Assembly: GCA_024704765.1 (NCBI GenBank)
Contig: JAKMXF010000221.1
Location: 496,001 to 560,000 of the forward strand
From: Oopsacas minuta
Lineage: Eukaryota; Animalia; Porifera
DNA: 64,000 nt
Direction of reading: 5' to 3'
The notes beneath the pieces were generated by a model that did not search any database, was not told where the DNA came from, and saw only the letters and a list, made by a program, of their open reading frames with translations. Both the position numbers and the translations under genes were made by a program. Shown piece after piece: positions 25,501-34,704 of the stretch (positions are counted from its first letter, which is position 1; every line of letters starts with the position of its first letter).

Positions 25501-27273
25501 TCTAGTACAGTCAACTCCTGTTATAACGAAACTCAAGGGGGGCCTTGATAATTACTTAAATATAAGCGAGTTTTTCTATTTCTATAAACGTGAGTCGAGT
25601 GTACGTATCTCTTTAAATATTTTCTAGATAATTTATCCGACTTAAATGAGGAAGGGATATTACTCCGTCCGGGGATATTCCTGCGTATTCTTAAACAGCT
25701 GGAGAAATGGTCAGGAGGAGATGGACTAGACAGATACCCAGAACAGAGGGAGATATGCAAACAGCTTCGATCATCATGCTACTTCAATCCTACCGTGTTA
25801 ATACATGCTATTATGCAGAGCTGTTACAAGTAAGAAATAGACACCCAAAATTTGGTTCAAGTTCTTCCAATTATCCAATCTTTAGATTAAGTCAGATAGC
25901 AAGAGCTCTGCTACGCTGGATGGAGAAACTTGACTATATTCATATAATAGGTGGTCCGATCTCTACCGCAGAATTCGAGAAATATTCAATGAACAAGTCT
26001 ATGACGCCTAAACCTGGTCCTAAGAACATCAAAGTGTTTATGCCTAGCATTGCCTTATGGAACGGTTAGTTTTAATAGCTAATTTGTGTTCTATTTGTGA
26101 CGTCATGAAATGTTTAGATTATAAGAAGCTTGACACTTCGACGGTATTCTGTGACGCACATGTGTTCTATCTGGACGTGTCAGACCCTATTTCATCGCGG
26201 TTCTATTTCCTGTTCCTCTCCGAGCTGCTGCGAGCTGTCCATCAGTCTAACATGACATCATTATCCCCGACACGAAGAGAGATAGGCATACTCCCCCTCT
26301 ATGATTTCCAGCTGTTTAAAGGTGCTAGCATAGCTAGGCTGTTTGATCAGGAGCTGTTAGGATGTAATCTGGAGATTATTAATCATCACGATCAATTCCA
26401 GATTGAGTTCAGAGCAAAGTAGGTTATTTCTTATAAATTTCTGACCCTTGATTATTAACCATTTGAACCCTGTTTCCTTGTTTCTGGAGGTTTATTTATT
26501 TGGGAATAAGAATTCGCTCTAAGTTCTTCGTTTCCACAGGCCCCGTTTGTGGATGTCACACTGTATAGACTTTAAAAATACCTGACTTATTAAATATATC
26601 CCCAGGTTTGGGTCGACTCCCTCCCAAGCTCTCCCCAATCTACTAAGGCAGATCTACTCTTGTGGAGGTAAAGCTCTCAACAAAATGAATCTCACTGACA
26701 AAGGGTTTAACATAGCTATAGGACCAGCTTGTCCTGTGGAAGGGTGTCCTGGAAAGAAAAAGACATCTGGTCTGTCTAAAGCTACTGTTAGTTTTGTACA
26801 AGTTATACAGAGTAATCATCCTACTCGATACCAAGGTAATTCCAAGCTAATTTAGCCCAGTTTGATTGAGGAACTGGTAAGAGCTATAAACTTAAAACTT
26901 GGCACGTGTGTGGAATGTAATTAATCAAGTAACATGTCCTAATATCTAAGCGATATCTCAAAAACTCTCTGAGATAGGTGTCAAAATGTCTTAACCTATC
27001 AGATTTGAGGATTATCCAGCATGTGATTCTATTGGTTAATTATATTAATTATCTCTAGGTATAAGCCCCTGTGAAATGAGAGGGCCTCTCCCTTGTTGGG
27101 GACGTCCAGGGGTACACGTTATTGACCTTTCAGTCAACTTCCGACACCCAACCAAAATAGTGTCACATTACTCACAGTGCCAGGACCAAATTATAACACC
27201 TGACAGTCCTATTGTTTGTTGTCAGCAACATTCCTCCCTCCGTGACTGGGCTCCCCATGATCCTCCTATTTAA
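19517..27273 (+). CDS. Uncharacterised 1226-aa protein: N-terminal region, two PDZ-like domains, degenerate Roc/COR-like region; intron 2 (20310-23207) hosts PP4R3
   Basis: Exons 19517-19897, 20069-20309, 23208-23329, 23390-23692, 23903-24295, 24348-25476, 25699-26064, 26118-26418, 26606-26835, 27059-27273 give one open frame with all phases matching. PDZ-like: KPKGEKVLGIRF...IITEIIPDTPAAHCPCLWINDHLLCIKG and KRQKFGITF...MISGFSSRAETEYLEKGLELKSIILSINDR. Roc-like strands KVYILG, GLYVMVINL, VKVFIVGLYD. Domain calls are by eye. Confidence 0.68.
19911..20030. mobile_element. Tc1/mariner-like MITE remnant (family D) in intron 1 of the PDZ gene
   Basis: TAAACTCCGCGTTATAACGAAGTGA repeated twice and inverted CACTTCGTTATAACAAGAGTTTA. 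Confidence 0.6.
20563..23037 (+). CDS. PPP4R3: Protein phosphatase 4 regulatory subunit 3 (SMEK), intronless CDS, nested on the same strand
   Basis: 824-aa ORF; EVH1-like [78 protein letters not shown]; acidic Pro-rich tail ending in NLS-like PAKRPR. Confidence 0.93.
   Translation: [824 protein letters not shown]
25506..25603. mobile_element. MITE family A, internally deleted copy
   Basis: TACAGTCAACTCCTGTTATAACGAA left end; degenerate right end GAGTCGAGTGTA; in intron 25477-25698. Confidence 0.6.
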
Positions 27274-27643
27274 CCGCCTTTTCCCCCTCTTTGTGTCACT
27301 TTTCTATCAAGCCACACCTCACTTTATTCAATTATCTTATTAATTAAATCATTGAATAATTTGTAAATGAGATATGTATGAAAGTTTGTATTTATTGTTT
27401 GTTTTGTATAATTTGTATTTATTTGCTAATATAGTATATTTATTGTTTCTTCTTAAAATATGTATATACGTCACTTCCACGGTTGTCACCTTATAGAAGC
27501 CGGGGGAGCAATTTGTAGAACACTGACGGACGCGTATAACGACAACAATAGGCAGTTGGAATGTGAAAAATTCTGCCCTCTCTCTCACCCATTTTGATAC
27601 CTTAGATCTCTTATAAACTGAATTATAACATAATTATAGGACA

Positions 27644-28843
27644 ATGGATGAATTCTCTGATAAAGTTATACGTCAGAAAGAACATTTACTGGTTGCTAAG
27701 GAGGAGATAAGGAATGTGTTCAGAGAGATGCACTCTCAAATACAAATTAGAGAAGATGAGCTTTTGGAAGAAATAGACAGACGTATACAAGAATTAGAGT
27801 TCGAGTTTGAGAACAATAAGGACACTCTTGTTAAACTTTTTAAGGCCAAAGAAGACACCCACGTGTTCCTTAAGGACAATGAGTTTAGTGACGTATTACC
27901 TAACACCTTACAGAAATTACAGTGCAAGTTAGACACCCTCGAACAGCTGATTACTCATAATGCTCATATTGAAATTATTTGGAATATTTCCAACTTCCAA
28001 GCTTCTCTAAATTCTATTTGTAAGATTTTGAAGTTTGGGACGTATAATCATAAGTTAGTCCCCAAATGGGGAACTGTTAACAAGGGTAGAGAGGAGAGGG
28101 ATTTGTCTATGCCACATGGTATCGCTGTAGATGAGAGAGACAACTCAATCCTTGTCGCCGACACTTTACTAAAATGTGTGAAAGTATTTAACACAGAAGG
28201 AATGTTTGTTAAGAAGCTTAGTCAACCTGCTAGGGAGTACTGGGATATTGTGGTGTGGCAGGAGGCCACTTTTGTGTCACACAATACTGGAATAATAAAA
28301 TTTGATACCTCAACCGGTCTCGAATGTGGTGAGCTAGATACCAATCGTGAGATTAGAGGACTAGCCATTTGTGATGAGGGCCTGTTTGCTTGTGTTCGAA
28401 GAGAATTTAAGATTTTAGTGTGTGATCAACATTTGAATATACTTAATGAGATACAATTAAAAACACCATTCATGACAGAACTTACCCTAACGATGGCAGT
28501 GAAGCTTAGGAATTACAGTCTATATGTATTATTCCTGTATAGCCAGTATTCAATACAGTTATTCGATATGTGCGGTACTTTCCTAAGAGTTCTAGTTTCT
28601 GAAAAAGAAGCTCCGTTTTCACGGTTTTTCTCGCTCGATTCGATTGGGAATGTTATCCTAACCGATAACAATTTGTATAAGATCAAGGTGTTTAATAACT
28701 CCGGAGAACTGGTCCATGTAATCGGTAAGATGGGCTGGTCCCCTGGGGAGTTTCTTAAAATAAGCGGGATAGCTGTCAACAGCAAGAATGAAATATATGT
28801 TTGTGATGAAGGCTCACCTGATAGAATGTTACAGTGCTTTTGA
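27644..28843 (+). CDS. Coiled-coil + NHL-repeat beta-propeller protein (TRIM71/brat-like C-terminus, no RING/B-box), intronless
   Basis: 399 aa; N-terminal heptads (EIRNVFREMHSQIQIREDELLEEID), NHL repeats (LSMPHGIAVDERDNSILVADTLLKCVKVFN; GEFLKISGIAVNSKNEIYVCD). Confidence 0.8.
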   Translation: MDEFSDKVIRQKEHLLVAKEEIRNVFREMHSQIQIREDELLEEIDRRIQELEFEFENNKDTLVKLFKAKEDTHVFLKDNEFSDVLPNTLQKLQCKLDTLEQLITHNAHIEIIWNISNFQASLNSICKILKFGTYNHKLVPKWGTVNKGREERDLSMPHGIAVDERDNSILVADTLLKCVKVFNTEGMFVKKLSQPAREYWDIVVWQEATFVSHNTGIIKFDTSTGLECGELDTNREIRGLAICDEGLFACVRREFKILVCDQHLNILNEIQLKTPFMTELTLTMAVKLRNYSLYVLFLYSQYSIQLFDMCGTFLRVLVSEKEAPFSRFFSLDSIGNVILTDNNLYKIKVFNNSGELVHVIGKMGWSPGEFLKISGIAVNSKNEIYVCDEGSPDRMLQCF

Positions 28844-29119
28844 ATAGAATATTTGTGTTTGTTTATTTATTGAAAATTATATTGATTTGAGTGAGAATTG
28901 TAAATTATTTATTCTATGAATTCAATTATTGCAAGAAAATGAAGCGACTGTGATTATTCAAATTTTCACACCTTTGGATCGCGGAAGGAAAGGGAGAGTA
29001 TGAACACGCCATGACCACTGGGGGGCAGAAATAATCAGTTTGTGGAGGTTACCGTATACGTCAAAAATCATAAAATATAATCACATGTAATTTAATTAGT
29101 AACCCAATAAGTACAAATA

Positions 29120-29371
29120 TCAATATTTATTCATTTCTACTGACGCATAGCTTGGAGGAGGAAGATCATTAGTGTATGTATAACTCTGTTGTAAAACAAG
29201 ACCGTCACACTCTGTCACAGGAATATAGATCGTATTTCTGTTACAGAAGACTCGACAGCAGACATGTATAGCTATTAAGCAGATTAAGAACACAAGGACT
29301 GGGAAGCATAGTGTGAAAATAGAGAGTAGGAGTACTAGAATAGTTTCTGACACGGGACTACTATTAGTCAT
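29120..29371 (-). CDS. Small single-pass membrane protein with Cys cluster and PPxY motif
   Basis: 83 aa: hydrophobic run ILVLLLSIFTLCFPVLVFLICLIAIHV, then CCRVFC, then LPPPSY. Confidence 0.6.
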   Translation of the reverse strand: MTNSSPVSETILVLLLSIFTLCFPVLVFLICLIAIHVCCRVFCNRNTIYIPVTECDGLVLQQSYTYTNDLPPPSYASVEMNKY

Positions 29372-29629
29372 TTGTGTATTAGCCTAATAGCATTGATTAT
29401 ATATATGAACTTAATGGTTACCTCATTTTGCTAGAATTCAAGAGAGATCGTATCTTTCCTGTGACTGCCATTTTAATTTTGTGTCTCCAATGGCTCTAAA
29501 TATGGACACATTATGGCTGTAATCTATGCGGGAAACCGTAAAAATATGCGGGAAATACATTCCAAATGTTCGTAATGTGTTACAAACTTTTACACATTAA
29601 TATTTCAGAGATAAGGAATTATTTGAATT

Positions 29630-32600
29630 ATGGCTTCATTCAATGGATTGGACAACCAAGAGGAGATTTCTAGAGACGCAGATTCGGACAATTCTGATCC
29701 TCTAGAAGAACCTGAGGGTACTACAGGTATACCAGATCCTCCCCCAGATATGCCTGAGGATTGGGGAGATTACTATTTTGAAGTCGAACGGTCCGAATCT
29801 GCCTCTGCCCCCGAGTCAAAATCTGAAGAATTAGAAACAAAGAGGCAAGCGTTACTAGATAATATTGTGCAAGGGACACAGTTACGTCATGTGGAAGTAG
29901 AGGTATGATAGTATTTGTCACAGATTCTATGGTACTCACAATTTCCGGACCGTTATAGGAGCAATAGCGCCCTCTCCCCTTCCCTCGCTTTAAATAAACA
30001 TGCCTTATATCAGAGCGCCAATATACTGCTAATATAATTGTGTTACTTACTGTCTCTGTGCCAAATACCGATGGGATATATGTTACTTTGGCGGTTTGGG
30101 ACCATATTTGTACAATTAAGACTTCGATATGAGCGGGTATATATCCGTCTTTAATCTAACCGGAGTTGACTGTATGCTATTTTAGGAGAGGCAGGAATTA
30201 AGAACAAAGGAGGGAGAGTTCGTTGATCTAAGAGGGGAGCTCAGTAGTAAAATGCTAAGTAAGAGGATATCAGATATGAACAAGTCGCGTAATAGATTAG
30301 TAGAACTTTCTCAAGAAATAATATCATTAAAAGAGGCTGTCTTAACAGCTCAAAGAGCTGGACATAGGCATGCACAGCTAAAAGCACTCGTTCAGGAGAT
30401 CAAACAGTTCCTGAACAACCTCCAGCAAGAAAACATTCCAGAGGACGCATTGGTATCCCAGTTCGATTGGCCTTGTTCTATGATTTGTACTCTCACTAAT
30501 ATAGACCAGGAAATAACAACTTTCAAAGATAATATAGACACTTGTGTAAAGCAAGAGCATTGCATTAAGGTTATTGAAAATACAATAGTAGGCTCCGATT
30601 AATCGGAAAATGTATACTTTGATACTATTAATAGTAACATTTACAGGTCAACAATCAACGTGTCTCCAATACACATCTGATAAGCTCTCTCTCTAAGCTA
30701 TGCACTAGTGCTAATAGTATAAACAGTGAGGAAACATTCGCTTCTATGATTGCTTACTTCTCAATCGATAGCGACGAGATAGCCGAGCTGGTGGTTAAAG
30801 CGAGACTAGTAGCTGTCGTGCTGTTAAATGAACTTGTAAATAATTCATTCGTACTGTATGCAACAGCCCTGGAATCTGGACTGAGTAGGATCGAACAGAA
30901 TATTAGAGTTAAGAGTGCTTATTTCACTATTGAGCAGATTGTTAAGATTTGTATTAATCTAGAATCTTTTCTGAGTGTCCCTAGACACCCTAGGTTAGTT
31001 AACAATTCCCCTGAGGTTACCCCAGAATAAATACAGTAGAATCTCGTTAATACGTATTTTGACCGTTCGTTGGTGTCTATTTTTAGATTATTGTTTTGTA
31101 ATAGATTCTCAGATGTCAATTTAAATGCTGGAGATCTAAGGACACTGTATTTGAGTTCAAAAACTAAAATGCCCTCAGGTAAGCAGGGCCCCACCGAATT
31201 CAGGGAGGTAGAGCTCCTGGACACACGAAAGAACCCACCTTCTGTCTCATTGAAACCTCAGCGGGTCAGTTTCCTTCAGGAACGGAACAAGGGTATCACC
31301 GAGGAGATCAGTAAAGCCCTCTCCGATAGGAACACCATGTCTCTCCCTGAGCTACTGGATAAATGCATATTACCGAATATTTACACTCTATGCGAGGGAA
31401 CTCTAGCTTCTGAAACTATAAAGTGTGAAAATATACAGGTACATGGTTACCTAGGTTGACAATAGGAATGTTTGTTATGTGTTTATTGTGTGTAGATGTT
31501 AGATATAGTGTTAGCACATCGTGAGAAGATACTAGCTACTGACAATAATGTTCTCCGCAAGGATTATACTTGGCTGTTTGAGGCTTTCAATCAGAAAGCA
31601 ATTGTTTTGTTATCACATCTTGTCAATAGACACAAAATGAGGATTGATATTGGACCAGTCAACAAGGAAGGTATAAATTTGGGGACGGTTATAATACTTT
31701 CGAGGGGGAACATGTTAGTGCAGTTTCATTTCCGGTATGAGCGGGGTGTTTCGATATATCCGTGTTAGATATAACGAGAATTGACTGTATTTGCGAGTTT
31801 AAGTCGGATAGTTTGTAAATGTCATTTTAACCAAATTTGAATATACTGTCACCTCCCGTTAGATCTCACACGGATATACCGAAATACCCGCTTGTTAAAA
31901 TTGAGCAAATATGGTCCCAAACCGTCGGAGTAACACATATATCCCATGGGTTATAGCGGAGTAATTATCGCGGTCCCTTCAGCTTTGATATAACAGGAGT
32001 GTACTATATAATTATTTAGGAAATACTCTATTCTATAATGCAGCACGTAAATTTGATTACGAGATGATGACGCATCTCCTTGAGTTGGGGGCAAGTCCTT
32101 CAATCCTTACAGAGGCTAATACAACCCCCCTGCACTATCTGGCAATGAAACAGTTCGGACCAGGGACAGGGAAAGAAATAGCGTCAAGTAACAACAACTT
32201 TGGGAATATGGACTTTTCAAATTATTTTAATAATGAGAGTTTGAGTGACGTCATTTTGGTTTCAAGTGAAGGCAAAAAGTGAGTTGGTACTCCCTCACGG
32301 TCACTTTATTGTCCCTTATCTTGCTTCCCTGCTCAATTATCCTCCCGATCTCTACGGGCCCCTCCTGTGTGAAATATTCTCCTAATAAATATTGACAAAA
32401 TTCTAATCAATAAAATAGCAAATAAATAAGAGAATAGTTGCAATAAAGATATTAATATTGGTCCAATACGGGGGCAGTGTACTCGGAGTGTTTTCTACCA
32501 AAGCTTACCTCCGGGGGGCTTCTATAGGGAGTGACACATCTCTCAGGACTGTAACTACCAGGAGGAGGACAGGGGCTCTTGGAATCTACACCGAAGTTGC

Positions 32601-33804
32601 GGGCTAGCATGGAGTAGGAGAGTGTCCGTCTTAAAAACCTGTCAGATCTGTCGCAGTGGTAGGCGGCTGGCCCTGGGGTCCTAGCTTTGTCCTCGGCGAA
32701 TGATCCGGACAGAGCTCGACCAGTCATTGAGTAGGCAGGTCCTTTCTGTCGCGTAGAATTGTCCCTCCCTATTGTAGTCTTAATACTGTAGGTGTTAGGA
32801 GCTGGAGTGCTACTACTTGGCCTCTCCTTACCTTTCGTACCGAATGAATAGTGAGGGGACCGTCTCTTGTCCAGGACAGGGGTCCGTTCCGGTCGATAAG
32901 TGCCTGGACCAGGGACGGGATAGGTTTGTAAGGGCTTTGTTCTCTTCCTGAGGGAGTAGCTTGGTGATCCCTCCTTGCCTGTCCGGGTTTGTGAGGAGTG
33001 TATGAAGTGGACAGGACCGGGAGAGGACCATGGACTGACCAGACTTGAACCCAATCGTTTCCCGAACGAGAACGCGGGAGAAGCCGGGCGTGTGGGATCA
33101 TGAAATATCCTCCCGGTCTGGTTAGGGAGGACATATTTAGCTGGACCGGGCCCCTTCGCTTTGGCGGCTATATCCGGCCTAATCACATCATCTAGTGTCC
33201 CCATTGGTTGCTAATAATCACCAACTTAATTAGATTAGTTATCATATTTATTATAGATTCCATTCACACAAACTGTTGCTATGCATACAGAGTCCTGTCT
33301 TCAAGACAATGTTTGAATCAGGAATGTGGGAAGAGAAGGAAAACAACGAGCATACCTTCCCGACGATAAGATCACAGGTAAATACACAAGTACCCATATT
33401 TTATCACCTTGATAAGAAATTGACGGACAGGACCTGTTTGTGGAGGTTTACTATAATATATATTGTAGGTATTGTCTCACGTACTGAGCTACCTCTATAC
33501 CGGAGATCTTGTATACCCTCACGACGATCTGACCATGGGGGTAGAACTATTATGCTGTGCTCAACAGTTCCTAATAGAGAGGTTACAAGAAAAGATGGAG
33601 GACATACTAGCTAGGAAGATTGATAACGAAGTAGTACTCGAGTTATACCAGGCTGCTCTAAGCTATGGAGCAAATTATCTGTTTAATAAGTGTTGCTATC
33701 ATTTGTTAATGAACTACTCGGCTATAACAGACCCGAATCATGCTTGTTTGTTACATTTATTTTCTCTTAAAAAAACAGGAAGTTATGATTCCTGTGTAAA
33801 TTGA
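29630..33804 (+). CDS. WH2 - coiled coil - ankyrin - BTB/BACK protein (748 aa); intron 6 (32279-33256) hosts CIMAP1
   Basis: Exons 29630-29902, 30186-30587, 30647-30993, 31105-31438, 31496-31670, 32020-32278, 33257-33377, 33469-33804 in phase (exon 2 has an alternative phase-0 donor at 30570). WH2 RQALLDNIVQGTQLRHV; ankyrin EGNTLFYNAA...LLELGASPS...NTTPLHYLA; BTB YFNNESLSDVILVSSEGK|KFHSHKLLLCIQSPVFKTMFESGM...VLSYLYTG. Confidence 0.8.
31760..32008. mobile_element. MITE family A copy or copies in intron 31671-32019
   Basis: GATATAACGAGAATTGACTGTA, ATATGGTCCCAAACCGTC, TAATTATCGCGGTCCC, TTTGATATAACAGGAGTGTACTA match other family A copies (also 13740-13800, 30045-30175, 49094-49139). Confidence 0.7.
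32452..33204 (-). CDS. CIMAP1: ODF3/SHIPPO-repeat ciliary microtubule-associated protein, intronless, nested antisense
   Basis: 250 aa; multiple PGPGxY / PAPNTY SHIPPO repeats, GPGPAKYVLP, PAFSFGKR, PAYSMTGR. AATAAA on the minus strand at about 32305-32310. Confidence 0.88.
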   Translation of the reverse strand: MGTLDDVIRPDIAAKAKGPGPAKYVLPNQTGRIFHDPTRPASPAFSFGKRLGSSLVSPWSSPGPVHFIHSSQTRTGKEGSPSYSLRKRTKPLQTYPVPGPGTYRPERTPVLDKRRSPHYSFGTKGKERPSSSTPAPNTYSIKTTIGRDNSTRQKGPAYSMTGRALSGSFAEDKARTPGPAAYHCDRSDRFLRRTLSYSMLARNFGVDSKSPCPPPGSYSPERCVTPYRSPPEVSFGRKHSEYTAPVLDQY

Positions 33805-33968
33805 CTGTACTTGGGTGTGATTATTTGTTTTGTTAGTTACAATATGAACTTTTCTAATTTTGATCCAAGTCACCAATTCCCATTCCTCTCTCCTCGATAT
33901 TTGTCAAGGCAGAGACATATATTCAATGTCAAATATGTGAGTGTTATTATCTTATAAATAAAATAGCG

Positions 33969-34565
33969 ATGGCAGAAGGGGGTGACAGCGGGGTAAAGGA
34001 GAAACCACATAAAAAGGAATTGAGTATTTCAGAGAAAATTGAGAAAGCTGTCGCCCTGAAGGAAGATGGCAACCAACACTTCAAATCAGGAGATTATAAA
34101 GACGCGGTTAAGAAGTATAATTATGCTCTCCTGTACCTAAAGGGTCTGGGAGAGGACCCTACTTCTCAAATAGTCCCTGGAGTAAAATCACAATCTCTAA
34201 CAAAGTCACAAAAGGAGACTAGAAACAAAACACTATTCGCCTGTTATAACAACTTATCAGGATGTATGCTAAAGGAAGAGAGATGGGACCGTGTGATTAG
34301 ACACGCCACCTCAGCTTTGGAACTACAGCCAGAAGGAAATAGCAGAACCTTTTACAGACGAGGTACTGCGTATCTAGCTACAGGGAACCTCGATTCCGCT
34401 GATTCCGATTTGAAGCGAGCAGCTGTTCTGTCACCAAATGACCCAGCTGTTAACAAACAGCTGATCGAGTTAGGTGAGAAAATGAAAGAATTTCGTAAAA
34501 AAGAAAAAGAAATATATTCAGGTATGTTTGTCCGAAAAAATAAAATAACAGTCGAGAAGAACTGA
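33969..34565 (+). CDS. TTC9C: Tetratricopeptide repeat protein 9-like, intronless
   Basis: 198 aa, three TPRs (ALKEDGNQHFKSGDYKDAVKKYNYAL; CYNNLSGCMLK; TFYRRGTAYLATGNLDSA), ends EKEIYSGMF. Confidence 0.75.
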   Translation: MAEGGDSGVKEKPHKKELSISEKIEKAVALKEDGNQHFKSGDYKDAVKKYNYALLYLKGLGEDPTSQIVPGVKSQSLTKSQKETRNKTLFACYNNLSGCMLKEERWDRVIRHATSALELQPEGNSRTFYRRGTAYLATGNLDSADSDLKRAAVLSPNDPAVNKQLIELGEKMKEFRKKEKEIYSGMFVRKNKITVEKN

Positions 34566-34704
34566 TTGTATTTATTTTAAAGATTGCTGTCAGATACCAT
34601 GACTATCAGTATGTAATTATTAAGATCAATACAGCTACAAGATAAGAGTGCTATGTAGTTCGTAAATGTGAGTATATTCAATATGAGTACCGGTTTATCG
34701 GTGA

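Noticed and set aside
26540-26585. Alternative acceptor giving a short terminal exon (PRLWMSHCIDFKNT)
   Set aside because: The 26606 acceptor continues into two further in-phase exons; the short form has no independent support.
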